Positions 49,335 through 60,400 of a stretch of 64,000 bases of DNA are shown one piece after another. Made by a program: the position numbers and the translations under genes. The first letter of the stretch is position 1, and the number at the start of each line of letters is the position of its first letter. The notes under the pieces were generated by a model. The model saw nothing but the letters and a program-made list of their open reading frames with translations, made no database searches and was not told the DNA's origin. Source of the stretch: Magallana gigas (Eukaryota); the NCBI RefSeq assembly GCF_963853765.1, contig NC_088858.1:3658001-3722000 (forward strand), read 5' to 3'.

Positions 49335-52300
49335 TCATAATGTTCCTGCCCACCAACTCTTCATTTGTGTGTGGACCACAGACTTTTCCTGAGGACTGAA
49401 CTGTAGAATAGTGGTAATAGCATTCAGCATCTGTTGTTTGGCCTTCGGATCAAAACTAGTCAGAAACTTATAGGTCACATTTTTCAGATACTCCAGATTG
49501 GCACCTTCCCTTGCTTTACACCTGTCACTTCTTTGGATTTCTTCCTTCAACATTTCCATTTGTTCAGCTAGAGACTCCTCTTTGGAATGACTGTTCAACT
49601 GGAGTTCTCTCAGGGCAGATTCCAGTTCATGTTTTTGTTTCCGCAGTGCGTTGATTTCGACCTCTTTGCGGGACACCTCCTGCCTGTAGAACAGGTTGGA
49701 GTCCCCCTGACTGAGAGACGACATGTTCAGCAGTCGGGACACTGCCCTCTCCTCCTCTGATTTACCTCCAGGCAGCTCTGCTGATGCCCCCGAGTCGGGG
49801 GGATTCTGTACAAAGAAACGCTCATCATAGATGGGCACAGACGCCTTTAACATTTCAATGTCACGATCTTTTTCCGCCAGAAGCGACACAGTTCTCTCAC
49901 GCTGTTTACGAATTTCCACTTCCAGCTCACTCTTCTGATGCTGGTACTCGGCCTCCAGGTGTAGGATGTCTGCTTTATGTTTTTCCTGCACAGACACCAA
50001 GGTTTTGTGTGCAGTCTCTACTTTCTGTTTCTCTTTTTCTACCTGGGCCTCATGTTGCATGTGCAATATTTTAATTCTTTCTCTTAGTTCATTCACCTGA
50101 GTTTTCAATGTTTCCACTTCTTTGCTGGTCCCTGAATCCTGAACAAAAATTAGATTTTGATTCATAATGTATAAAAATAAATGATTACTGGATTATGGTT
50201 TTTATTAAATAACTACAGCAAAACTCGAATATAACGAACACGGATATAGCGAATTTACGGCTATAACGAAGTATTAATCATGTCCCAGCAAATTTCTTAT
50301 ATATAAACCAATAGAAAATTGATGTATATAACGAACACAGCTATAACGAATTTATGGCTATAACGAAGTAATTTTAAGACCCCCGCTGGCAAAATCTTAA
50401 CGTATATTATTATTTTTATAACGAATTTTTTCCATTTCAAATTTCATTGAAGAAACATGCAATTTTAAGATGCATATATAAAATACTCAAATTCAAATAG
50501 TATATGGAATTTTTTAAAAATCAAAATGAAATGGTTAGATTGACATTTTTTGTAAATGACGGTAATACTAATTTTATAACTTACGATAGTTTAGAAAACT
50601 GTTAGCTGGAAAAACCCTTAATTATTTTATAACGAATTCGCTATAATATTTTTTACGAATTCGTTATAAACGTATAGCAAATTACGGCTATAACGAAGTT
50701 TTTTCTATGATCCCTTGAAATTCGTTATAAACGAGTTTTGCTGTATATATGATATGAGTTAAATTTGGCCCCCATAATTCACCATTTTTTAAAGAGTTTC
50801 GGGTACAATAAAATTTTATGCTATATTTTAGAAGAGTTGATGTAAAATATATTTTACACCTATTTATTTATTTGCACTCACTGGCAGTATATGACGTCAT
50901 AAGTGATGCTATTTCTATAATTCAATCAAAGGACAATGTGCGGTTTTATGCATTTTTTGCCCCCAAAATCAAAGTTTAATAAAGAACTTTAAAAATAAGA
51001 TGAAAGATAGTTAAATTCATATTGAAAATAAGGATGTAAAAGGTTATCACCACAGTGACGTCATAATGTAGAAATGACGTCATGAAGGTTGCCTTATTTG
51101 GATAAATTGATGTTTAATAGCAAAATATGGGTGTTTTCCGATGGTTTTTCGAATGGTAAAATCGCACTAGAGCAGATCTGCGCTCTATACTTCCGAATGC
51201 AAAATATAAAGCAAAAATGAGAATATTTTCATTTATTTGCAAATTTGCGGGAATTAGGTCATTTAGGTGACATCATAAATAAACAGCGAATGAGCAATGT
51301 TGACTAAAATCAAAATAAAAGTGATAGGCATCCTCTGTACAATGATTTATGAAGATTTAATTTTAATACAATACTTTTTAAAAATTGGTTGAAATCAGGG
51401 GCAGATATTTCACCATACCGCACATAGTCCTTTATTAAGTCAAAAATTGACATTTTTCTTATCTTTTTATGAATGGGAAATATAGAGGGCATGCTTAAAC
51501 AAGGAAACATTTTTTGTCACTTATTGGTCTTGGCTAGATACATCACTGATTAAAATATTTTGTTTGTTCAAGCATGCGCTCTATATTTTCTGAGAGAAAA
51601 ACTGCTTGAAAACAAGCTGTTTTATGCTAAAAATGCAAAAATGGTGGGAAAAGGTTGTCTTTACAATGTAATATTTCTAAATTGTGGGCACTTGAATCAA
51701 ACTAAACAATATTTAAAAACATCACATATATATCTGTACAAAGAAAACAAAGAATTACAGTAAAATGACGCTGTTCATTTTAGGGGGCCATTTTAGGCCC
51801 TAATCACGTATAGTCCTTTACCTCTTATTTATTTTTTTTTAGCACATTTTTTGGGGGCTTTGACTTTGTATGTTTTGAATTCTTTCAAAATTTACCTTGA
51901 AGTTTCTTTTAACACACTTTGAGTTTTGAGTTTATATTTCCTATACTCCTCTCAAATTTGTCCTTTGAGTTTTTATTTTTGAACACACTTTGAGCTTTAG
52001 GTCTATATACATGTATCTTGAGTTCTTTTCACATTTTACCTTAGAGTTTTTAGTTTTGAGCACATTCTGAGCTCTGAGTCTATTTATCTTGAATTATTTT
52101 TATATTTTACCTTTGAATTTTTATTTTTGATCACACTCTGAGCTCTGAGTCTATTTACCTTGGAGTTTTTATTTTTGAGCACCCTCTGAGCTCTGGGTCT
52201 ATTTACCTTTGAGTTTTCATTTTTGATCACACTCTGATCTCTGAGTCTATTTACCTTGGAGTTTTTATTTTTGAGCACACTCTGAGCTCTGAGTCTATAT

Positions 52301-55300
52301 ACCTTTGAGTTTTCATTTTTGAGCTCACTCTGAGATCTGAGTCAATTTACCTTGGAGTTTTTATTTTTGAGCTCACTCTGAGTACTGAGTCTATTTACCT
52401 TTGAGTTTTTATTTTTGAGCACACTCTGAGCTCTGAGTCTATTTACCTTGGAGTTTTTATTTTTGAGCACACTCTGAGCTCTGAGTTTGTATCTTTCAAA
52501 CTCTTCCTTCACACTCTCCAGCTCCTCCAAGTGCTTGCTACATTTTGGACACCGTCCTTCCTCATCCTGAAGTAAGTCTAAAGCAAAAAAAAAACATTGG
52601 TAGAAGGGCAACATGTATATGCATGAAAGATACATAAAATCTTTGAAAGATCATTATTTAACATTTCAGAAATCAAAAACGTGCGTTAACAAACTAAAAA
52701 CCTTGTGTTTCTATTGTTACGCTTTTGTAAGTGGGAGCACTTTATAATCTACATGTACATTACCGGTGGTAGGGCTGAATGCATGAAAGATATTATCATT
52801 TAAAGCACAAGTAGAACATTTTTTTAACATTCCCAACCCAAATAAAAAACCCATTCATAATCATGCTGTAAGTACCCTATCATCATCTTACAGGAACTTT
52901 GGATATATAGATACACAAAATGAAGAAAACATCAACTTTGTTGTCCTCATCAATGCTGAACTTTACCTTCAAGTAAGACTGGGGTTGCTGTTCTCTGATT
53001 TGCATCATGAAGATATCCCTGAAGTTTCACAATCAATTCTCCTAGTTGTGTTGCCTCTAAGTTCCTCCACTCCTCATCATAGTTCCCAACCTGTCCCACA
53101 GACTTTGTAAGAGCTGTGTTCTCCAGTTCTAGCTGTGACATGCGCTCCTTCAGTTTGTGTATTGTTTGCTGGTCCTGAACTTTCGACCTTTCATAATTCC
53201 CCACCATGTCTGACAATTCTGAGATTTTGGATTCCAGTTCCGATACGCGGTTCTCCTTTTCCTGACGGAATCTATCGAGTTTTGCATCTGCCTCTGAGCT
53301 CCTCTTCTGTTCATTCAGTAATTGTAGCTGGTATTCTTTCTGAAATGAATTAAAAATTTACGTAATCGTAACATTCACTCTGTAAATATCGCATTATTTT
53401 TTACTTTGATACACATATATACACATGTACCTTTATTGTAGACATTTCGTTCTGTAGTTGTTTCAGTCCCTCAGGGGGCCTCTCTGCTTTCTTTCTCTCC
53501 ACCCCTAACTGCTCCTTTACATCTTTAAGTTGTGTTGTTAAGTCTGATATTTTTTTCTCATAAGATTGAGACATACTTGGTAATAACTGATTTTTCTCTG
53601 ACAGTGCAAACTTGAGATCATCCACCTATAAAGATAAATAAATATGAACCAGAAAAGAACCACAGCACAATGGCACAATGTAGACAGGGATAAATGATAA
53701 AGTAAACCACTGAGGATCATTTGTTAGAAAATTAATATGAATGTATTTCTGAAGTCAATTTCTAAATATGAATATTTCAGCTCTTGCATAAATTATTAAT
53801 TTTTCAGTGGCAAAGAACACCCCTAATTTAAATGTTGTGAAGATTTCATTCACATTATAGTGCAACCTTTGTTTAATTGTTTTTTACAAGAACTTCATAT
53901 TAGACAACAATTAAATGACAAGTATAGTATTTGATTTAAGTCTTTTAATTACCAGAAAATTAAAAAAATCAATATAAAAGTTTGGCTTATGTATTGATAA
54001 ACTAGACAGATATCTGGAAGTTGAAAAATGGTTAACAGCTATAACGTAGATCAGTTGATTTGACTCATAATTTGACTACCACAAAGTCATACAATACACT
54101 GACCTGGTTTTCTAGTTGGTCTTTTGATGCCCGCTCTTGAGCCAGGAGCTTTTGAAGTTCCCGTAACATGAGTGCATGATCATTTTGTTCTTTTTCCCTT
54201 TCTGCTTGTTGCTCACGAATACGCATCTTCAGCTTTACAAAAATGTTGTAGAAATTAATTCAATTGATTGTAGGAATTGCAGCCTCATTACTCATTCATC
54301 AGTTGTATTACATGTATCATCACCATAATTCTCATGTAAAATTCCTATTCTAGTGCAATGATTTTACCAGTAAAATCCAGTGACAAATTTTTAATACATG
54401 GACTTTCTTCTTTGATCAATATAATCTAACACTGTTACATGTTCACAAACAGACTATGTGTGGTTCTACTCTATCACCTCATAACTGGAAAAACTTGCCA
54501 CTCACCTCATGTATTTGGGTTTCCAGTCGCTTGAATTCAGTGTTGGCTTTCTCTTTTTCTTCATTGATCTTCTTTACAAGATCCTCATTCTCTTGCTGGA
54601 AAAAAAATTCAGTCATTAAATATTCTAATCCAATAAGCTGCAAAACTGTAGTTTTGTGGTAAACACAATATTTTTTTGTCCATCTGAATCTATTTTATCT
54701 GAGAGCTGTACAGCTGTAGCTATTGAATTTTTTTCTAATCTAAAAAAATGAACAGATGTGATGGAAGAAAATTTCATCCATGAGCTAATCCTAGATATTA
54801 GATAGCCCTGGCATTGCCTTACAATTGAATGTAAGACCTCTTCAATTCAGTATTAAAACAGAACCAAACAATATGGTCTTTTATCACACAAAGTTCTGAA
54901 TTAGAATCCACTCTCTCACTTGGGGGATGTCCCAGTGTGAGCAAAAATGTGACTGAAGGGGACAAGTCCCAATAATATATTCTGTGTCACCTTAAAAGGA
55001 TTGACAATGTGTGATCGAATCAATGCTTTACCAGGCTGCCAGTAGTATACATGTGGATGTCAATTATGATAATGAGGCAAATTCAGATAGTTTGAAAATA
55101 TTTGGATACACCAAATATTGACCACCATGCTTCCATGATGTAAAACTTTAAATGAAAGAAACTAACCAGTAATCGTTTTTTGTCTGCGAGGTATACACCC
55201 TCCAACTTCGACTTTTCCTGAGTCAGTGTAAACAGTGATTCTGAGAGGGTTTTAATTTGGTCCGACTCCCTGGAATCTGTGTCTGACTTTTCCTCTGTGT

Positions 55301-56388
55301 CACTCTCCTGTAAAAACAGTCACAAACTTACAATCGACAACGAACTGTAATAATAGGCAGATTACTAGCCTGAATAAAGGTCTCTTCACATAAATGTTAC
55401 ATCATACACAAACCAGTATAAGAGTGAAAAACTAAAGGTGTAAAATGTTTTATGAGCAACTTAGTTTTAAAATACATAATTATGCAGAAAAAAGTAACAT
55501 TCATAACCAGCAATTATACACACAATAGAAGTTCTAGACACAAACTTCCAGTTCTCTGCATTACTGGTACAATAAACTATGTACATAGTACCATGATCAG
55601 CAGTCAGAATATCAAACGAACATAGATATGAGGCTTCATAATTACCTTGCTGGCTGATTGAAGTGGATCTGTAAACTGGTTCTGCTCCTCGCTTGACACG
55701 TTTTCATCTTCATTCTTATGATTTTGTTCAGATTGTGATGTCGCATTTTCTTTTTTCTTTTGAGACAGAACCTTAAAGCTGGCATCTAGTGCTTCTTTTT
55801 CTTTTGCCAGACCCTTGTAAGCCACAACCAGATCTGAATAATGATACTTTAAATTTCAAATACCGGGGTATATGTCAACAAACAACTACCGGTACTTTTC
55901 ATTTGCCAATGAATGTTACAAATAAAAAGTTCTGGAATGTATTTATTGATTTCATTAAAATTATTCTTTCTAAAACATACATACATTGATTTTTTGGTGA
56001 CTTCTTAAATGCATTTTATTTCAACCTTTTATTTTGAATTAATATCTTATCACAAAAAACCCGATATTAATAGACTTTAAAAGAGATTTTTAATTAATGA
56101 TGTTCACTTGCCAGATATAAACTTGCCCTGGTGGTAAACATATGATGCAGATTTTCCTCACAAAAAAATGAACAAAAATGACTCCCGCTTGGTAGGTTAA
56201 ATAAGGATAGCGTTAAACATTTAAACACCAAAAGGGAGTCAAGTCAGCAAAAAGTGGCACACAATGGCCTGTGCCCAACTTGATTGAGATCTAGCTCTCA
56301 AACCTTTTAGTTTAGCCTCATATTTCGCCAACTTCTCTTGTTGTCCCTCAACTATCCTGAGGAGCTCATGGCGGGATGCTTTATCCAT
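49335..56388 (-). CDS. GCC1: GRIP and coiled-coil domain protein 1 (golgin GCC88), 9 coding exons, about 711 aa
   Basis: Exons: 56388-56304, 55833-55646, 55307-55167, 54595-54506, 54232-54104, 53625-53431, 53339-52967, 52577-52447, 50138-49335, summing to 2136 nt. Contains AYKGLAKEKEALDAS, QEKSKLE, DHALMLRELQKLL and EFERYKLRAQ, and a C-terminal GRIP domain (ANLEYLKNV..AITTILQFSPQE). Confidence 0.93.
50216..50743. mobile_element. TA-flanked pogo/Tigger-like MITE in the last GCC1 intron
   Basis: TIR CAGCAAAACTCG; TA TSD; internal CTATAACGAA repeats. Confidence 0.85.
50750..51811. mobile_element. Probable non-autonomous DNA element in a GCC1 intron
   Basis: Weakly inverted ends (AAATTTGGCCCCC / GGGGGCCATTTT); boundaries are approximate. 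Confidence 0.4.
51890..52490 (-). repeat. 48-bp tandem array (8 in-phase donors plus a degenerate tail) of the GCC1 exon 8 tail plus donor
   Basis: Donors at 52446, 52398, 52350, 52302, 52254, 52206, 52158 and 52110. Confidence 0.95.
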
Positions 56389-56680
56389 CTTATAAATACC
56401 TGAAGTCTGTTAAAGAAAAAAATGAAAGTACCTATTACTATTATGCAAGGTTATCTTACATGTGTAATAGAAGAAGAGAAAAGAGCTACACCCAAGCTGG
56501 AACTTAGGACCCTTCAGTAAAAACCAACGCTCTACCGACTGGACTAAAGGGTTAACCCACTAGCTAGTGCCAGTAGAAGCGTGGCAGTATTGAACCTATT
56601 CAGAGTATTACAATGTTCGTGGTGACATTGACAACAACATAAAATGTATTTTACTTCAGTAAAACGTTTCATACCATTAC

Positions 56681-56827
56681 CTAGATTTCAGAAAACTCTG
56701 AGTTTAACCCTCATCTAGAAATTCGACAATAAACCCACTCGTCAAACCAGACATTCCAAAATATTTATTCGGCTTCAATGTTTACAACATTTTACCGGAA
56801 GTGTAGAGGTGGCAAATTAGTTAATTG
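56681..56827. promoter_or_regulatory. Bidirectional GCC1/ESF1 promoter with a central ETS (GABP-type) site
   Basis: ACCGGAAGTG at 56794-56803 lies between a minus-strand donor (exon end 56681) and a plus-strand GTAAGT donor (56828). Matching acceptors sit just upstream of both ATGs. Confidence 0.7.
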
Positions 56828-57229
56828 GTAAGTGGTACTGTGTTGATTCTCATAACTAGCTATATTTTATCCAGCTATCATCTTAACTTTTAGATAAAAT
56901 ATATAAAAAAAATATCACTCTTTGAAATGATTTAAAGACATATCGAATTTGAAATTGATATAATTTTATGATTGTTCACATTCGAGAAGTAACGTTATCA
57001 TGGTTATAGGGACGAGTTACTTGAAATTGTCAAAAACGTGTTGGGTTGAAAATATTGTCAATAACTCTGAATTAAAGGCCAAAAAATTATTAATTGGTAA
57101 GCCAAGGTAGTTAGTATTTCCTTAAGTCTACGATGATTATATGTATTTAATTTTGATGTGAAAAGTCCACAATTTTCATTGAATGACGATGATATTTCAT
57201 CAGTACATGTATACTGTTCACACACTGGT

Positions 57230-57325
57230 TAAATCATATATCGAAAAATTCTACCCCTACTATATATAAATACACAAGGGTGTATTTATATATAGTAGGG
57301 GTAGAATTTTTTGATATATGACTTA
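57230..57325. repeat. Palindrome, 46-bp arms, 4-nt loop, in ESF1 intron 1
   Basis: CTACCCCTACTATATATAAATACAC-AAGG-GTGTATTTATATATAGTAGGGGTAG; 2 mismatches. Confidence 0.9.
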
Positions 57326-57449
57326 TTAAGCGACTGATTGATAAAAATTCAGGTGCCTGTGGTTAGAGCTTGAAATCCCCGTAAGTAAATTTGCCAAATT
57401 ATGTTTATTGTCATTGTTTTAAAACTGCACATTTATTCCTTAGTTGACC

Positions 57450-60400
57450 ATGGACGGAGTGGGTAAAGATTCTCGCTTCTCCCACATCACTAAAGATCCA
57501 AGGTTTCGACGGATGCCAAAACATGAGAAAAAAGTTAAGATTGACAAGCGCTTTAAAGACATGTTTACAGACAAGCGCTTTAAACTGAAGTATTCTGTGG
57601 ATAAGAGAGGTAAACCTATGAACGTCACAACAAACGAAAATCTGAAGCAATATTATGAACTCTCAGATAGCAGTGATATTGAGGAAGAAGGGAGTGACAA
57701 TAAAGAGGAAGCAAAGTCATCAAAAATCTCGCAGAACGTTAAAAAATCAAGCTCAAAAACTGACACTGAAAGGAAAGGTTCCAAATTTGTTTCACCCAAT
57801 GAAGAAAATAGTGAAACTGTTGGAAAAAAGAAGTCTAAAAAGAACAAGAAAACAAAGACACAGATAGAAACCATAAAACCTGTAGGAAATAGTGATTCAG
57901 ATGAAGACGAGGAGGTGATAGAAAGAAAGATGACCAAAGCAGGGAAAGTCTCAATATCAAAGGAAGCTCAGGGCAAAGCAACACAGAGGAAAAATAAAAT
58001 GAAGGTAGGCCTGGAATAAATGAGACAAATTACTTGAGATCATATCCAATATGAATTGAATACATTGGCTCTATTGTTATTTATTGCTTTACTCACTCTC
58101 TCTAAAATGTAATTCAGTTGTTTCATTTTATACCACTGAATACTATGAGACTCTTTTATCTTTGTTGGAATTTATACTTTTTCTAAAAGGTTTGTTTAAA
58201 GTATGAAACGAACACATCATTGTTTTTTTTTAGGGTAAAATATCTGTTGATCAGTCAGACACTGATGAAGAAGATGAAGATGAGAACAGCAGTGAAGAGA
58301 AAGATGAAGAAGAGAATAGCAATGAAGAGGAAGATGAGGAGGAAGAGGAAGATTCAGACAGTAATGACTCTGGTGTGCTTATCAATCTGAGACTTAGACT
58401 TCTCAAAAAGAAACAAAATAATTGGGCCAAACAAAATTATTCTTTTAATAAAAATTTTAATATTTGAAGCACTAACATATTATGGAAATACTCTGAATGT
58501 TGAAGTGAGTCAGACGCCCTAATCACTGTAAACTTTCATGTATACAGTATATGTATCATGTGAGCATCTAGTTTTTTTTATTAGCCCATCAAAATTGAAA
58601 TATCAGGATTTATTTGTACATGAGGTACTTAAGAAATTTAGATGAACTATGATTTTTGGCCAAAACTGTCATTTAGTAAGGAAAATTCATTTATGTTTAT
58701 ATCTTTATATAGAGCTTTTCTTGGCAACAACCATCCTTACCGATCAATACACTTATTTAAGGTATACTTTAGATAAAAAATGGTTTTGCTTTTGTACAAG
58801 GACTAACTTTGTATTTTCAGGTCTCGGGGAGGGTCCTGACCTGGCCCGAGGAGAGGGCAATGTGGAGACCTCCTCATCCTCCGAGGACGAGGACAGTGAA
58901 GAGGAGGCGGGAGAGGAAGGTATGAATCGGCAAACTACCGCAAACAAAAGAGGCTTATCTCTGGCTGCACAGTTAAGACAAGTTTTTCAAAGAATTCCTA
59001 AATCTGAAACTAAGTTGTTTGTATGAATTGTTACTGTAAAATACAGGAACGTGTTACGTTACTTGACAGAGGAGCTGGACAATGTTAGGGGAGGGGCTTT
59101 GAAACTTATTAATTTGTTTATCATCTATAGGTAATGTATGTGCATTTTATTTGACAGAGGAGCTTGAACATGACTGGGGAGAGCTGGACAAGGATGTCCC
59201 CGCTGCTGAGGATTTGGGGCGCCGCCTGGCAGTGTGTAACATGGACTGGGACCGCATCAAAGCCCAGGATATCTTTGTCATGCTGAACTCATTTGTTCCA
59301 ACAGGGGGAAGCATCCAATCTGTTAAGGTAAGATAATCACCGGCACCTGTGTATTATATATTTTGTAGTCTTACTTACTATAATAGAAATCTTTTTATCA
59401 GTAATCATAATTCAAGCATTACTAGCCCACTTAATTTCTCACCTACATATTCCATTACTGGTACATGTTTTCTCCTTCATTACATTAAAGTAAGCAACGT
59501 TGAAAAAAATGTATACTGAATGTTGTTTCAAAAGTTGTGTATGATATGTTTTTGTGGAATGTTATTTAGTGATTGTCTTTCCATCGGTAGGTGTTCCCAT
59601 CAGAGTTTGGACTCCAGAGGATGAAGGAGGAGGCTCTATCTGGGCCCACAGAGCTTGTCCAGATCAAGCTAGAAAAGGGGGTAGAGGAGGGGGAGGGGGA
59701 GGGGGAAGAGGAGGAATATGAAGAGGCCCAGGGTCAGCCATCTTATGTCATTGAAAGCTCTCTGAATTATACTGGAGATTTATCTCATAATACAAACTGA
59801 GGGTTGGCCTTTTAGTGTTCCAGGCTTTTTAGTGTTCTATATATTCCATCAGGTACTCGCTATCACAGAGAGAAGTTAAGGCAGTACCAGCTGAACAGAC
59901 TGAAATATTTCTATGCTGTCGTGGAAACAGACTCCATAGAGACGGCAAGCAAGATTTACGAGGAGTGTGATGGCATGGAGTACGAGTCCAGCTCAACAAA
60001 ACTCGATCTCAGGTAACCCTAATGCTTTTAAATCTTTGTAGTTGCACAATTTATTCAGGTCAAAAACAACGACAAAACAAACTGAAATGTTGTAGTGATG
60101 GGGTTTTATAAAATCTTGGATAATGTTATAGTATATAAATAGTGCCTGTTTGGGAGGGTAACAGTTGAGATTGACACCCCGAGAAAACCATTGTCAACCG
60201 ACGCGAAGCGGAGGTTGACAATGGTTTTCGAGGGTGTCAATTGTCAATTTCGACTGTTATCCTCCCAAACAGGCACTATTTATTTTGTTATACTGAATGT
60301 CTTAATTTTTAAGAAATATAGGAATAACGTGAATTTTACAGCGAACCGTACGCGCATAATTTTCGCGCATGTAACAATTTGTAATGTTACCCGTTGCTAA

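Noticed and set aside
59062-59085. Partial duplicate of the ESF1 acceptor (TTGACAGAGGAGCT) as a microexon
   Set aside because: Only about 14 nt of match; the implied 14-nt exon would shift the frame and has a weak donor.
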